NCBI GenBank assembly: GCA_000165425.1
Contig: CT868085.1
Span: 434,001 to 498,000 of the forward strand
Direction of reading: 5' to 3'
Length of the DNA: 64,000 bases
Origin: Paramecium tetraurelia
Taxonomy: Eukaryota
Shown: positions 30,520 through 43,872 of the stretch, one piece after another
Numbering within the stretch: position 1 is the stretch's first letter
How the letters are laid out: every line of letters starts with the position of its first letter
Notes under the pieces: generated by a model
What the model was told of the DNA's origin: nothing
What the model saw: only the letters and a program-made list of their open reading frames with translations
Database searches by the model: none
Made by a program: the position numbers and the translations under genes

Positions 30520-31243
30520 AAATTTTGTTAATATCTATATTATTATTATATATATTATATACATTTTTTAAATGAGGAACAGAAATTCATTTTAAGATCA
30601 ACAAAATTATTTCTCCAGATCTACTATTAACTAATTAAAGCCTCAGATTGACCAAATCTTTGATATTAATCTAAGGGAGCCACCGATATTAAAAAAGTAA
30701 TCAAAAAGTCAAAGCAACATTTTTAAAATGACCGATTAAGATAAAAAGAAAAATAAACTATTTAATTTCCTTAGGTTAATATGATAATATTTATGAAATA
30801 AAAAATCCATTGTACAATTTCATTTATAATGTCAAATTGCCAGATTAATTGATTAGGAAATGGAGCATAAGAAGAATAAGCTTTAGCAAAGATAAATTGA
30901 TAATTGATGTTTTTCAAGGACAACATATGCAAAAACATAAAGATATTAACACAAAATATGAATAGTTTTTATACCCTGCAATAATTGGAACTCAAAAGTG
31001 ATTGCATTATAATTTTAGGTTAGAGCAAGATCAATTACACTTGAATAGTATATTAAATGGATTCATGGTTGAAGGGAAAGCCCAAAAATAACTAGATGTA
31101 AATTTAAAATCAATTTAAGTATCCCCTGAGAGATAAACATGCAAATTAATATCTTTGGAGTGCCTTATTTTTTTTTTTGAAGTTTATGTATAGATTTTAT
31201 CAGCTAGAGACTAAATGAGCTATTAATATATATAATTATTTTA

Positions 31244-31724
31244 ATGGATAATAATTTTTTTGGAGACAACTTTGTCAATAAAAATGGCCCATGCAAAATC
31301 AAATTGTCAGACATGAAAGTTGTAGTTCTATACTTTTGTGCAAGTATATAAATTGTTAATCCAAGGTTGGTGCCCTCCTTGTGTGAACTTTACACCTACT
31401 CTTGTTGAGTTTTATAATGATGTGAATTTGGAAACCAAATAGCTAGAAATTATTTGGATATCTTATGAGGAATCAGAAGGTCAATTCAAAAAGTATCTAG
31501 AAGAGGTACAGACATTAAATAATTTAAAGATGCCTTGGCCAGCCATCCCTTATAATGATAAGAGAATCTAGTAACTGGTAGATAAATATGAAATTAAAGG
31601 AATTCCTACAGTGACCGTATTAAGGAAAAATGGAGACATAGCAAAGAAGAATGGGAAATAGGATATTCTAAAAGAAGGTGAAGGGGCTTATAATTTATGG
31701 GAATAAATAGTGAATAGTGAGTGA
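31244..31724 (+). CDS. Nucleoredoxin/tryparedoxin-like thioredoxin
   Basis: LYFCASWCPPCVNFTP, EIIWIS, MPWPAIPY, IKGIPTVTVL; two tiny introns. Confidence 0.92.
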
Positions 31725-31774
31725 ACTCAAATTTTTATTATAATTATTTATAAAATATTAATAATATATATATA

Positions 31775-32035
31775 ATGTCTGCTGGAATATTCATTGGCAC
31801 TATCATATTTATAGGTATTGGAATTGGGGTTACAGTATGGCTAAAGGGTGTTGTTACTAAGGCAACCAAAAATTTAAGCGATCTCAATGATAATCTATTG
31901 TAATGCAACAATCATAAATCTAGGCTAATGTATGTTTCAGTCATTTCAGGCACTATTCAATTTTGGCTTCTTTGGTTTTGTATGTATATGCATTAACTCA
32001 ATCCGATAATATCCCCGATAAGAGGGCATGAATGA
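31775..32035 (+). CDS. V-type ATPase V0 subunit e (Vma9/ATP6V0E-like)
   Basis: Two TM helices and WLLWFCMYMHQLNPIISP signature; one 24-nt intron. Confidence 0.85.
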
Positions 32036-32776
32036 GTTATTAATAAATCGAATTAAAATTTAATTTATAGATCATTCATTAGATATTCTTATTCTAAAAA
32101 TTACATAGCATTTTTGTTACAGGCATGCATTTGTTTTCTTTTGAACAAAATAATTCTTCTATTTTACAGGTAGAAATTTGATAAATTTAGGAATCTATAA
32201 ATTTACTAGAATAAATCTAATACTTAAAAATGAAAATTTGTGAAGTTAAATTCAAAAATCAATTTGTATTTATAAATAAACTAAAATTAAGAGATTATCA
32301 ATATCAATACTCAATTTAAGTTTATTTGCTTGATTAAATATTTGACTCAATTTCTTGATCAATGTTATGAATAAAATTCTTACTTCTCTTCTTTTATAGT
32401 CATCTGTTGACATTATTTATTGCATAATTAAATAAATTAGAAATCAGCTCCTTTATTATAATAAAATTACTTTGAAGGATTTATTAATATACTTATGCTA
32501 TTTATCCATTAATTTGGTTTTTTTTAAGCTGAGATTACGACATTAATGTGCTATTATTTGAAATCATAGTAGATGAATTACTAACATGTTATATATTATT
32601 TTGAATCATAAAGAATAAGTTCTTAAAATGTTAATCTTTGTTAATTTGGTATTTTAATGAAGAAGTAGACTTGATTAATAAAAGTGATAGGAGTTTATAT
32701 GAATGAGGTTGATGACAATAAAAGAGATATATTTATATATTTTTATTAAAGAGAATATATAATGTAATCTGTTTTT

Positions 32777-33819
32777 TCATACTTATTTTTTAATAATAAA
32801 TGATCTACCTTTGCTTGAGGCAGTCCTGGGTGGAGGATACATAGTTTTGTTAAAATATAATGAATATTCTCTTGAAACCCAATTAATAAGTTTGTCAGTT
32901 TCTTCAAATCTCCTTTTTTGATCCTTTGCTCCTATCAACACTACTATTATTGAGCCTAATACACTCTCATAGGAGACAGCAAGACAAGCACCAGCATTAG
33001 GTGTAATTCCAGTTTTAATTCCATTATAATTTTCAAAATGCAACAATTAATTTGTATTAAACCATTCATAATTTCTACAAGAGAAGGATTTGCTATTGCA
33101 AATTTATTTTAAAACGGGAATTTTTAAATAAGCTGAACTCATTCTACACATATCTGATGCTGTTGATTTATTAGCCTATATTTAATCTAATATGAATAAT
33201 TTACTTTTGAACTGAGACCATGTGGATTTGAAAATTAGGAGTCTCTCATACCTAATTTCATTGCATTTTCATTCATTTATCTTACAAACCTATTCATGTT
33301 ACTCATTTATGTATCATCATAGAATCCTTAGATGGTGTCACATGTGATGTAACTGGCAATCTTTTATTTCCTTTAAGTATTTAGAATAGATCCAAAATGC
33401 AGTGCAATGGATATTGCAGCATCATTTCCAGATGGTAACATCAATGCATATAACAATTCTACTAAGGATAATATGTCATCTCTTCTTAAAAAAGCAGATG
33501 TGCCTCCAATCTATGTCGCAATTCTAGGAATACGAATATTTATTTCATTCTAAAATTAGATTAAAATGCTTGAGTTACATAATCAAGGTTTAAATCTTCG
33601 CACAATTGTATGGCTGTATAAGCTGTCATTATTTTGGTGAGACTTGCCACTTCTAGCTTCAAAGAAGGAGATTTGCTAACTAGTTCATCTCCAATTTAAG
33701 TTACAATGCACCAAGATAAAGCTGTTGTTTATGGAGGGTTTACTATATTAATAAAAATAATTCATACATAATGATAATGCCGACTATCTTTTGGTGTGCA
33801 AAGATTTATTCTCATTCAT
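32777..33819 (-). CDS. D-alanyl-D-alanine carboxypeptidase (peptidase S11, low-MW PBP-like)
   Basis: ASLTKIMT (SxxK), LMLPSGNDAA (SxN), FSNPHGL, STASD, GIKTGITPNAGACL (KTG); three tiny introns. Confidence 0.92.
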
Positions 33820-33865
33820 TTGAAATAAATAATAATTTAAGAAATTAATAGCTTATTATCAATAC

Positions 33866-34189
33866 TCATTAACACTAATTATATTGCTCTATTATTTTTT
33901 ATAGTTCAATTCTCTTCAATTCAACCTACTATTTTAACAGCTGATTTTCTTCGATTAATGCCTTCATAAATTATGAATCATCGCTGATCATATTGCTAGG
34001 TAGATTATTTCCTCTTTGAGTAAAGTCATCCCTTGAAGTAAAGGACACTGTGTAAGCATTTGGTTTGTGTAAGACTGGAGTGATTGACCTCTATTATTGC
34101 ACTCTGGGAATTTATTATTAAGCAATATATTAAGTTTGTACAAAAATTGGTTACCTCTGAAATGGCTATGTTATTGATTATTGGTACAT
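33866..34189 (-). CDS. Small hypothetical protein, 107 aa, C-terminal coiled coil
   Basis: Clean ATG..TGA code-6 ORF of 108 codons (MYQQSITQPF...LIEENQLLKQQVEL...). Confidence 0.6.
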
Positions 34190-34289
34190 AATTATTTTAA
34201 TTATTAATAACTTGAAAAGTAGATATATTTCATCGATTCAAATTAAAGTATTATTAAACATGATTTCCCTTAATTTAATTATTTATTTT

Positions 34290-35218
34290 ATGAATCGAAA
34301 ACTTGAACTAAAATTATTAAGCCATTTTTAGAGTTTAGAAGGAAAATTATCTTTATTGTTCTTGCACATCTCAGACAATTCAGCTGGTTTCCAACATGTA
34401 GGCAGTCAAAAGGAATAGTTTACAGCCTTTTACAATATATGCATACAAAAGTAAAGAACATTTTTTATTTTATAAAGAATCACCAAAATAGTATTTCTCA
34501 AAAATGGTACTTAAAATCAACCCTTTGAATAGTCATGTATATTTTGTGCAAAATTAAAAACTCACTCCAGTTAATAATTAATTTTGCATTTACTCCTTTT
34601 TCACAAAATAAAGTATAGCTATAAATTCACTTACTATCAAAATGAGAAGGTTTTGCATATTGCTTATTTCCGACAATAACCCAAGATACTACCTAATGTA
34701 TTTAGACATTATAAGGCCATCAATCAAAATCAATTAGATTGCTTTATGTTCTTAACTTTGTTTTCTTAATCCAATTCGGAATTTTACTAAAAAAATAGTA
34801 ATAATTATAAAAATTACAATTAGCTCTTCCACTTGAACAAGATTAGTAAATCTCAAATTTGATGAGTTAAAAATAATTCTATTGTGGACCTGCCAAGAAT
34901 TTTAAGCCAGTCCAAAGAATTGAAGAATTCAAAGAGTTAGAAGCATTGGACTTTGAAGCATACAAATAAAATGAATTACTTTGTCTAACCAAATCCTCAC
35001 CAGAGTTTAAAGGGTCTCCAATTCAACAATTCATGATGCTCTATAATACAAGAGTCTTAGAAGAAAGACCATAATAATTAAAAGATTTTTTAAAGTAATT
35101 TACTAAATTGTAGGGAGAGTTGGCAATTTGTTTTTAGAATCATTTATTTACATTACTTTGTTACAGTATGATAGATTAGTAAACATTTGTAGAATTATCT
35201 CTTATGATATAAAAATGA
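34290..35218 (+). CDS. SUZ12-like PRC2 subunit (C2H2 zinc finger plus VEFS-box), 291 aa
   Basis: CIFCAKLKTHSSQQLILHLLLFHKIKYSYKF finger; QQFMMLYNTRV and CFQNHLFTLLCYSMID VEFS-like; introns 34451-34477 and 34798-34823 restore a 292-codon frame. Confidence 0.72.
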
Positions 35219-35736
35219 ATTTGAGACAATTTACATTATTAGTATAAACTTTAATTTTTAATCATAATATCAATTTCAATTTAATATTGTTCTTAAACAA
35301 TTTTCATTTAATAATATTGATGATTATTCATAATCAATAAATAGAATCGTTGATATGCTTATAAATTTATTAAGAAATATAATTACCAATACACAAAATT
35401 ATAATTCGTTTTGTGAAACAATTTATTAGATAGTTAATCTTCAAAATGGAATAATAATTTAATTGTTATCATTATTATTATATTTTACATGCTGGTTGGC
35501 AGCAATTACTTATGTAAAATTATTTACCATTCACTCAAGATCACTTACTATATTATAATAGTAAACTTCCTTTTTTTATAAGAGTATGGAATTAAAATTT
35601 AGGAATTTAAATATTGATTTATTATTGAGATTTGAATTCTGATAGAGATCTAGTGTCAAATAGTCTAAACTAGAATTTACATCTTCCTAAATTTAATAAA
35701 AAATTTTCATTTAACCAAATCAAATATATTTTTAAT

Positions 35737-37367
35737 ATGTAAAATACACATAGTTGTTAATTACAAACCTTGGGATTTGTAAAAAACTATTAGCCAGACT
35801 CCAATTCAAATAATATCATTAATCACACTCTTTATCATAAATATGCATCCTCTCAAAATTATTATTATACTAGAGAAATTAACGAGATTTTAAGTAAGCA
35901 ACGAACTTCATCTGTAATTTTGTTTTAAGTATCAAAGCGATCTAATAATAGGATTATCTGCATTATGATGATGAGGATGAATATCTTAGAAGATTCTATT
36001 TATAAGAGGTATATGCTAATAAAATGAAATTGCTTAAAGAGTTTTATAAATATCACAAAGATCTTCCAAGATTTACATTGACTTAAAAAATACTCTAAAC
36101 TCTAAATTATTACTATGATAAGCGTAGAAAATTAGATTATTATAGAATCTAGAGATAAATAGAGTTTGAAAATAAATAAAATCCCTAATTACCCTAAAAA
36201 GGAATAGTTGGAGACAAGCCTATGGAATCTGAAAGCACTCCAAGATCAGCAAGTAGTTCAACCTCAAATGCGAATGCTAATATTGAAAATATACTTAAGG
36301 ACATTACCAGATAGGAATCAAAGCAATAAATAGAGATCAGCAAAATAACCTAGATCTAAGAGGAATAACAAAGTGAGATCATTAAAATAATCAACATGAT
36401 TAGCACACCGCAAATCAAGAATTATTAGGTTTTTAAGAAATCTAAAAACAATTTCAAGAAGCAGTTGAAACTTGACGAATTAGGTCTATCACTATCGTCA
36501 AGAATACAACAGAACCCACAAGAAGCCAAAATGCCTCTCTCAGCGAGATATCCTTCTTATTCACTAAGCAGAGTTAACTACAAACATTAATCATTATCGA
36601 AGGAGAAGACTGCTGATACTCATTTAATAAAGGATAATTTATTATAATTATTTAACAAATGTCCAACTACAAAAAAGATGAAAGTTGAAAATAAAAGCAG
36701 TTCAAGAAATATTCAACTTGATTAAAAAAAATTAATACCTGAAATAAAGTAATTAGAATTGAAAATAATAAAATCACTCTAAGAAATAGAGAAAAATAAG
36801 AATACTTAAAAAATAGTGTCCTTAGATAGCAAAGCTTTGCACTAGATACTCAGTAAATTTAGTAAGCCTCAATCTTAAAGACACATTTAATAAGTTGACT
36901 CATTCAAAAGCACTTCTAACCAGTCTATTAAAATAACCAATAGCAAAATTGCAATGCAAAAGGCTTACACTCCAAGAAATAAATTCATGCACTCCAAACC
37001 TAATGAGACTAATCAATAACACCCTAAGAAATCTATAGAAAAAAAATAGTAATAATTAGTTAAAGCACTTGACCTCAAGAAGTTGATGGTCTATAAATCT
37101 GAGAAATCTGCAAAGACAGAAAGAGTAAAGAAAAATGTTCCTGCTTTGAATTTAAACGCAGTTTAGATCAACAATTAGTCTTCACTTACATCCAGAAATT
37201 AAAGTGGTAATCCGAGCTTCATCTAATTATTAACTCCAAAACCACAAACTAGTCGATCCAAAGTTAATAATCTTATTCATTGGTAAGTCAAGGCAATTTA
37301 AGCTGCATAAAGAGATTATAAATTATAGTTAAAAACTTAATAAATGAAAATAGAACAATTAATTTGA
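35737..37367 (+). CDS. Ciliate-type conserved hypothetical protein
   Basis: KYASSQNYYYTREINEIL..DYLHYDDEDEYLRRFY..FYKYHKDLPRF N-domain with a long low-complexity tail. Confidence 0.7.
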
Positions 37368-37432
37368 TATATTATATGAACTCATTTTAAATAGAAATTA
37401 TAAATTAATAATCATTAAAAAAATTAACTTCA

Positions 37433-38324
37433 ATGTCAATCATAAATTAAGAGCTTTTACAAAAAGCTATACAGCTAATAAACAGTTAACCCTCCATTTA
37501 TCAGCAATTGAATACAACTGAACTTGATAAGGGGATAGATCTCATTGATATCTATTCTGTTTATGGAGATGTAGATTAAAATATATATGAAGAACCAGGC
37601 GAAATTCAGTTCAATTTTGAAATGGAATAAGAGTAGCCATATGAAGAAGTCAAGGAAAGCATTCCTCCATAGAATCTAAAAAAATCACAAATCACTTTGG
37701 ATTACATAAAGAATTATGATAAATGCGATTAAGTATATAGAACAATAGCAGAAACGTAAGGTGAACTTGAGGTATTTCTGGATCGGAATCAAGATATCTA
37801 CCGGTCTTTTAAAATCTGGAGCGATTAATTAAATTATGGAGAGCTATATTCAAAGGACCCAAAGTACATTGAGAAAATTAAATTTACATTGATACTTGTA
37901 ATCATAATTATGTAATAATTAGTTATCCGAATGGTTGATTGCTGTGTGTTATAAGTCATAAGTGAAAAAGAGGATTTTAATATAAACTTAAACTTAACCA
38001 AGAGTATAATATAAAGCCAATATTTTCTTGGAATATATTTATGAGCCTAAGAAATCGAATGAAAGCAGAAGAACAAGTGAAGTGAGACGATAAACAGTGC
38101 ACGAAATTTTACTAGCCGCAACTCCAGATATGGCATATGTTCTGTCTGAAGGGTTTATAATTTAGAAATTAACTAATTAATTGATTGCTCCTATTCAAGG
38201 AGGCTATTGTAAAATAAAAGATTGGCTCATAGCAGTTAGGGGAGTCACAAATCTAAATATGAAGGAATTTTAAGAATTGCTTAAAATTAGTCGAGAATAT
38301 TTTTCTGAACAGAGTACTATTTGA
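37433..38324 (+). CDS. Hypothetical protein
   Basis: Long code-6 frame with one tiny intron near 37898-37922; an alternative in-frame ATG lies at 37376. Confidence 0.6.
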
Positions 38325-38666
38325 TTTTTTATATAAATTGTTTAAAGATATTTAATATTAATAAAGATCTCTATTATACTAACAATTGATCTTTCAATTG
38401 TATTTAGTTAGGTTCGAAAAACAATAACTGTTACGGAACTTTTTACATATAATATTGAAATTTAAATTAAATTAAAAAATGTTCCTAAAATATAGAATAG
38501 AAATAAAAATTCCAGAAGATGCAAAAAAAGAGTTTCTTAATTAAAAGGAATTCACAATAATCAAATTTGAATAATATCTTATTTTTGTATTTAATATAAT
38601 TATTAATTCATTTGATGACTAAATTGAAGTAATTACAATTATTATATAAAGTCTATATATTCATAT

Positions 38667-40667
38667 TCATTATTGATAAGATTGTTTTTTAACAGATAAA
38701 AATCCATTTCCATTTTTGGTTCTCACTGTTGTTGATTATTCTACATTCTCTTTTGAGATTAGTTTTTGATTTTTAATTTTTTATTAACTATTCAGTTTTA
38801 ACACTTAAGTGTAAATAGACTCACCGGGATGACTACATAATTCTTTTAAAATTCTTTCCTTTAAAGTATCTTCATTTGAAGCATGTTAACTAGTTTATGA
38901 TGTATATTATTAAGAATTTATATTTGCTAGTATAAATTACCGTTTGCCATCTATGTGATCAAACGAAGGCTACTTAACTTTAGAATTGGATCTTTTATTT
39001 TAATGGTTATCAGTCTTTTAATATTATTATTATTGTTGATTTATTCTAGCCAAAGGTTCTTAGTGAAGTGGAGTTAAGGATTTTTGATTAGGCAAAGAAT
39101 CATAATTAATTTTTTAGAATTCTTTCTAACTTTTTTGTTCAAGCAGATTGCTGTTCACTTAAGGATATTAGTATTAAGCTTAGATATGATAAAATAGTTT
39201 TACATCTTTAGCTAGCATGATTTGTAATGAGTTTAAAGGTTTAAGGACCTGCTGCTGTCATATTTTTTTAATGTTTGGGTGTTAATTATTATCTATCTTC
39301 AAAGCTTTTCCTTTCTGTATCTTTAGTATCTTTTTACATATACAATTAACTTAGATTTTTAATCAATGGCTAATTAGATTAATCATTAATTTTATCCAAT
39401 TCAGAGGAAGTCTTTTATTTGTCATTTTGCTACGCATAATACTTTTCATTCAGATCCAATTATTTGTTTAAGCATTTTTATGAATTCACTTATTCTCCCA
39501 CACTAATATTATGTTTGTAGCTTTCTCTTTCATTAGGGGTTATTAATGGATTATTCTTTTGAATGTAAGTATTTTAATGCCAGCTCTCAGGAGTATTTGC
39601 TCTACTCTCTCTTCTAGAGTATTGTATGGTTGAAGTGGGATTAGAGTAGGCATTTGAATTGGTTTTAGATATTTAAATCTATTGTTATTGTAATTTATGC
39701 ATTGTAATTGGAGATTGAGTATGATCTTTGATAGGATTAGAGCAAGTGCTTTAATAAATATCTTCTGCCTCTAAGATCTCAAATACCTTCATATCCAATG
39801 GAGAACTATTAGTATTCTGTCTAATCTTTGGACTGTTTTCTAATTTGATTTATAATGAATGCCTATCAGATGTTGATGAATCATCACTTTTTAATAACAG
39901 AAGATTGTAACACATTTTATTCATATCTGCCAAAATTTAACTTTGTTCAAATTTAATGGGTTTAAGCTGAAATTCTTAACTACATTCCTATAACTATTCT
40001 TTTGTCTACAGAACTCTCTTTTCATAGCGACTCATGATATCCTCAAAAGGTTTCATGTCCATTTTCTTCACTATATTTTCATGGTTTTTCTCAATGTCAA
40101 TTTAGAATTATTTTATTTGTGCATCTATTTATTTAATTTAAGTAGCTTTAACTTGAATAGAATTAAGTAGCATATGATGATCATTTTAGAACTTCTACAA
40201 ATAAGTTTATTTTAATTAATTTGCAGTCTATATAACAGAATCAAAAAACTATTAGCAACTTTCTTGATGTTCCAGTAGTTATTTGGCTGATATTTTCTCT
40301 ATGTTGTTAAATTCCATAGATTTAGATGTACATTAATCCATTACCTATTATAGTAGTTCTTAAAATCGATTTATCCGTTGTTCTCTTTGGATTTCATGTT
40401 GATTTTCTTGTGTCTCTTCTATTTTCAATCCTTTCAATGCCAAAGTCAATGCACATTTAGAACAAAATTATTTGCTTTTATCACATTATACATAATATTT
40501 TGCCTTAGTTAATTTATTGCATTTACTTTCTTATTTGGATGTTTGGCACATTTGTTATTACTTTATTCTTTTCGTTTAAATATGTTTGAACTCTTTAAAA
40601 TTCGTTCTTATTCAGTTAATGCAAACGATGTTTCTTCTGAGTCTGAAGATGAAATTGATCCACTCAT
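38667..40667 (-). CDS. B-box-like zinc finger plus coiled-coil protein
   Basis: CAKHPNKKAKYYVQCDKSKQFCSKCA after intron removal, then coiled coil and Q/S-rich tail. Confidence 0.7.
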
Positions 40668-40707
40668 TATCGGTTAAAAATTATTAAAAAATAATAAAAG
40701 AAATTTA

Positions 40708-42025
40708 ATGAAGCCATCATCTAATGCTTCTCAATAAGCGAATCAGTGGGCATTGAAAAAGAAGGAGCAAATGGAAAAGGCTGCTCAGATGAGAGCAGAA
40801 CGAAAACTAGCTGCAACTGGAGAAATGGCTTTGGGTACTAAAACAAATTATGGTACTTATATTAAGTATCCAAAGATTATGATAAACCTCCAAGTTAGAA
40901 TTCTTAAAAATAATATTACTAATCTGATTTAGGTAATAATAACGTACGATAACAATAATATGGTCAGTAGTAATTTTAAATGAATGATATTGGTTTTCAA
41001 AATGTTTAGCCTAACCGGCAATCATCCTTAGGAAAACAACAACCCTAACCCTCTTATGATAAGTATGGATATAACTAAAATCCTCAATTTACAAATAATA
41101 AACCACCTAGTTAAGAAGGCTAAAGAAGAGTTTAACAGGGAATCCAATAGAAACCATAAATGAATTAAGGACAACAGAACAGATAATAATATGGCAAAAT
41201 TGATGATGACTACGATTATCAAAATAGATAATATGGACAAATCAAACAATAATAATAATAACCATATAATGCTAAATAACCTCCACCAGTTTAAAAACAA
41301 TAATAATACAGACCACCTTCAGGAACATATGATTAATCTAATTCATATAATAAGCCTTCTAATTAAGCAATAAAACCCCCTGTTCAATCAACCAAGCAAT
41401 CAACAAATAATAAGTAATAAAGTAATCTTAGAAATAATTAACAACCCTCTTAATAACCCTAATAATAATACTACAATCCTATTGATGAAATTCCAATTAA
41501 AAAATCTGATAATTAACCTAACATTAATATTCAAAATCCTGAACCCTTATATGAATGTTCAAAAGGATGTGGCAGATCTTTTGCAAAACTTGCTTTATAA
41601 AAACACGAAAAGATTTGTGTGAAAGTTTTTTAAAAATAGAGAAAATAATTCGATGCTCAGAAGCACAGAATTATTAGCAATGAATAAATTAATCACATTA
41701 AAAACCAAGATAAAATTGAATAAAAATATGAAAAAGCTTTAGGTTTTTATTTATTTTATTATTTCAGCTAAAAAACAAAATTGGAAAAATCAATCTGAAG
41801 CATTTAGAGCTGCCATTATCGCTGCTAAAGGCGGAAAGCTAACAAACGATCAAAAGGTTCAAATTAATAATAATATAGAATGCAATACAAGTAGCAAGCA
41901 AATCAAATTTAACACAATGCAACTATTGTGGAAGAAGCTTTAATCAATAAGCAGCTGAAAGACATATTCCATTTTGTGCTTAAAAAGCAAAGATTCCTCC
42001 TAAGCAACCTTAAAAAAGGAGATGA
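40708..42025 (+). CDS. C2HC zinc-finger protein (ZC2HC1/FAM164-like) with Q/N-rich N-terminus
   Basis: CSKGCGRSFAKLALQKHEKICVKVF, WKNQSEAFRAAI, CNYCGRSFNQQAAERHIPFC. Confidence 0.85.
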
Positions 42026-42766
42026 TCATTAATAATTCAGATTTATATATTAATCGATTAATTAAATCTATCATTATGTATTTTCTAATAAAGCTATAAT
42101 ATTCGGTCTTTTCAATTAAAATAATCTATATTATCATCACATAAAGTTAAGATTTCTTATATTGCATTTTCATCAATTGATATTCTTGATTAATAACTTG
42201 AAATAGTGCTTTTAAACTTTCTTTCAATATCTATTTATCATAAAAACATAAAGGCAGACCTAAATTTAGTCTAATCTATTTGCTAGATCCACTTTTATCT
42301 AATTGATAGCCAAATTAAGTAATAAGTTTTTCTTATATTAAAATTAAGAATTGTTTATTTCAATTGTGTTTTTTCTTTTAGAACCAACACTACCATCAAA
42401 ATTAATTAAGGCTTTGCCGAGATTGTAACTGAAAGGAGTTAAAATTTTCTAGAATTATAACTGCAATTTGACATGCAAATGACTAAATTCTTAAATGTTA
42501 ATTTTTAATCATAACTTAAACCCTTTTTTACATAATTGAATCTAGAATTTATAAATAAAGGATTTTTTAATATTAAAAAGTAGATGTTTAGATTTTTTAA
42601 TTGTTTTTAAAATTTTGATTAAATATTAATTTTTATTTTATGTATGAAATAATGTTCATTTTTTTGAAATTTTATTATAATTTAATACTTATACCCTAAT
42701 AGCGTCCTTTAAATGGTAATGATATGATTGAACAAAATTGATTAATTAAAATATATCTCATTCAAA

Positions 42767-43872
42767 ATGTTACACATACCTGATGTTGCACTTGGCATTG
42801 AGAGAGCCGATCATAAACATTTTGATGACATCTAAGAGACTTCAAAGCTAGAACAACCTGTTAAAATTAGCGTGGTCAAGATATAATACAATAAAGATCA
42901 TATCATCGGAATCAAACTTAAGTACAAGGGAAATAATGGAAAATAAGTTAAAGGAAATTGCTCCATGAAGTTCAAACTTCTTGGAGGAGTATTTTCTGGA
43001 ACAAAGAAAGAGAAGTACAATATTGATGATGGTAATTATTTCAGCAATATTCTTAGATGATTATATCAAAGAGATACATGGATTTGTGGGCACAGAAATA
43101 AATCTTTTTGGATTTACTACCTATAAAGGAGTATCTCATTAATGTGGAGTAACTAAAGGTGTAGCATTTTCACATCACTTCCCACTTCACACATTCACAT
43201 CAGCCAGAGGATCATATGATAAATTCTTAGAATTCATTGCCTTTAGAGTATCCCCACTTAGTCCAGAATAGATCAAAAAATTAGTAATGAATATCCTAAT
43301 GATTTTAGGGATTGAGTTAACAATAAGGCAATGTCAACGTCACAACTCACACTGTTTAACCTCCACCCCCAGCACAAAATTTGCCTTATGGATAAATGCC
43401 ACCTCCTGGATAATAATACCCACCTCAAGGATAATAATACCCGCCTCAAGGACAATATCCACCACAAGGACAATACCCACCTCAAGGATAATATCCACCT
43501 CCCGGATAGTACCCACCTCAAGGATAATATCCACCCCAAGGATAATATCCTCCTCAAGGATAATATCCACCTCAAGGATAATATCCACCCCAAGGGCAAT
43601 ATCCACCCCAAGGGCAATATCCACCTTAACCAAACCCAGGATAATACCCACCCTAACCAGCTTACGCATAATATCCACCACAACCTCCATAGAATACAAC
43701 TGTTATCATAGAATAGTAAGCTCCACCTCCCGCACAAAAAAGTGGTGTGAGCGGCGGTGTCGTTGCAGGTGCCATGGTGGGAGGTGCTTTGGTTGGAGCT
43801 GCTTTAGCAACCAATCATCATCATAATCACCATCACGGTCCAGATGTCGTTGTTGTGAAGAAAGATCATTGA
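42767..43872 (+). CDS. Jacalin-like beta-prism domain plus PPQGQY repeats and a hydrophobic/His-rich tail
   Basis: HIIGIKLKY, IDDDDYIKEIHG, LFGFTTYKG; more than 10 PPQGQY units; GVVAGAMVGGALVGAALATNHHHNHHHG. Confidence 0.7.
43399..43660 (+). repeat. 18-bp coding tandem repeat (ccacctcaaggataatat-like, PPQGQY)
   Basis: Directly visible periodicity, in frame in code 6. Confidence 0.9.

Noticed and set aside
30572..31200. Possible small plus-strand gene
   Set aside because: Frame closes early and intron structure could not be fixed
31244..31724. Selenoprotein (UGA-Sec) thioredoxin
   Set aside because: Active site is WCPPC with ordinary Cys codons and there is no in-frame TGA
32777..33819. Bacterial contamination as the source of the S11 gene
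   Set aside because: It has spliceosomal micro-introns and in-frame TAA/TAG Gln codons
43273..43826. Four overlapping repeat ORFs and a CRISPR-like periodicity
   Set aside because: Repeats are contiguous 18-mers with no unique spacers; the real frame is PPQGQY in code 6 and the others are shadows
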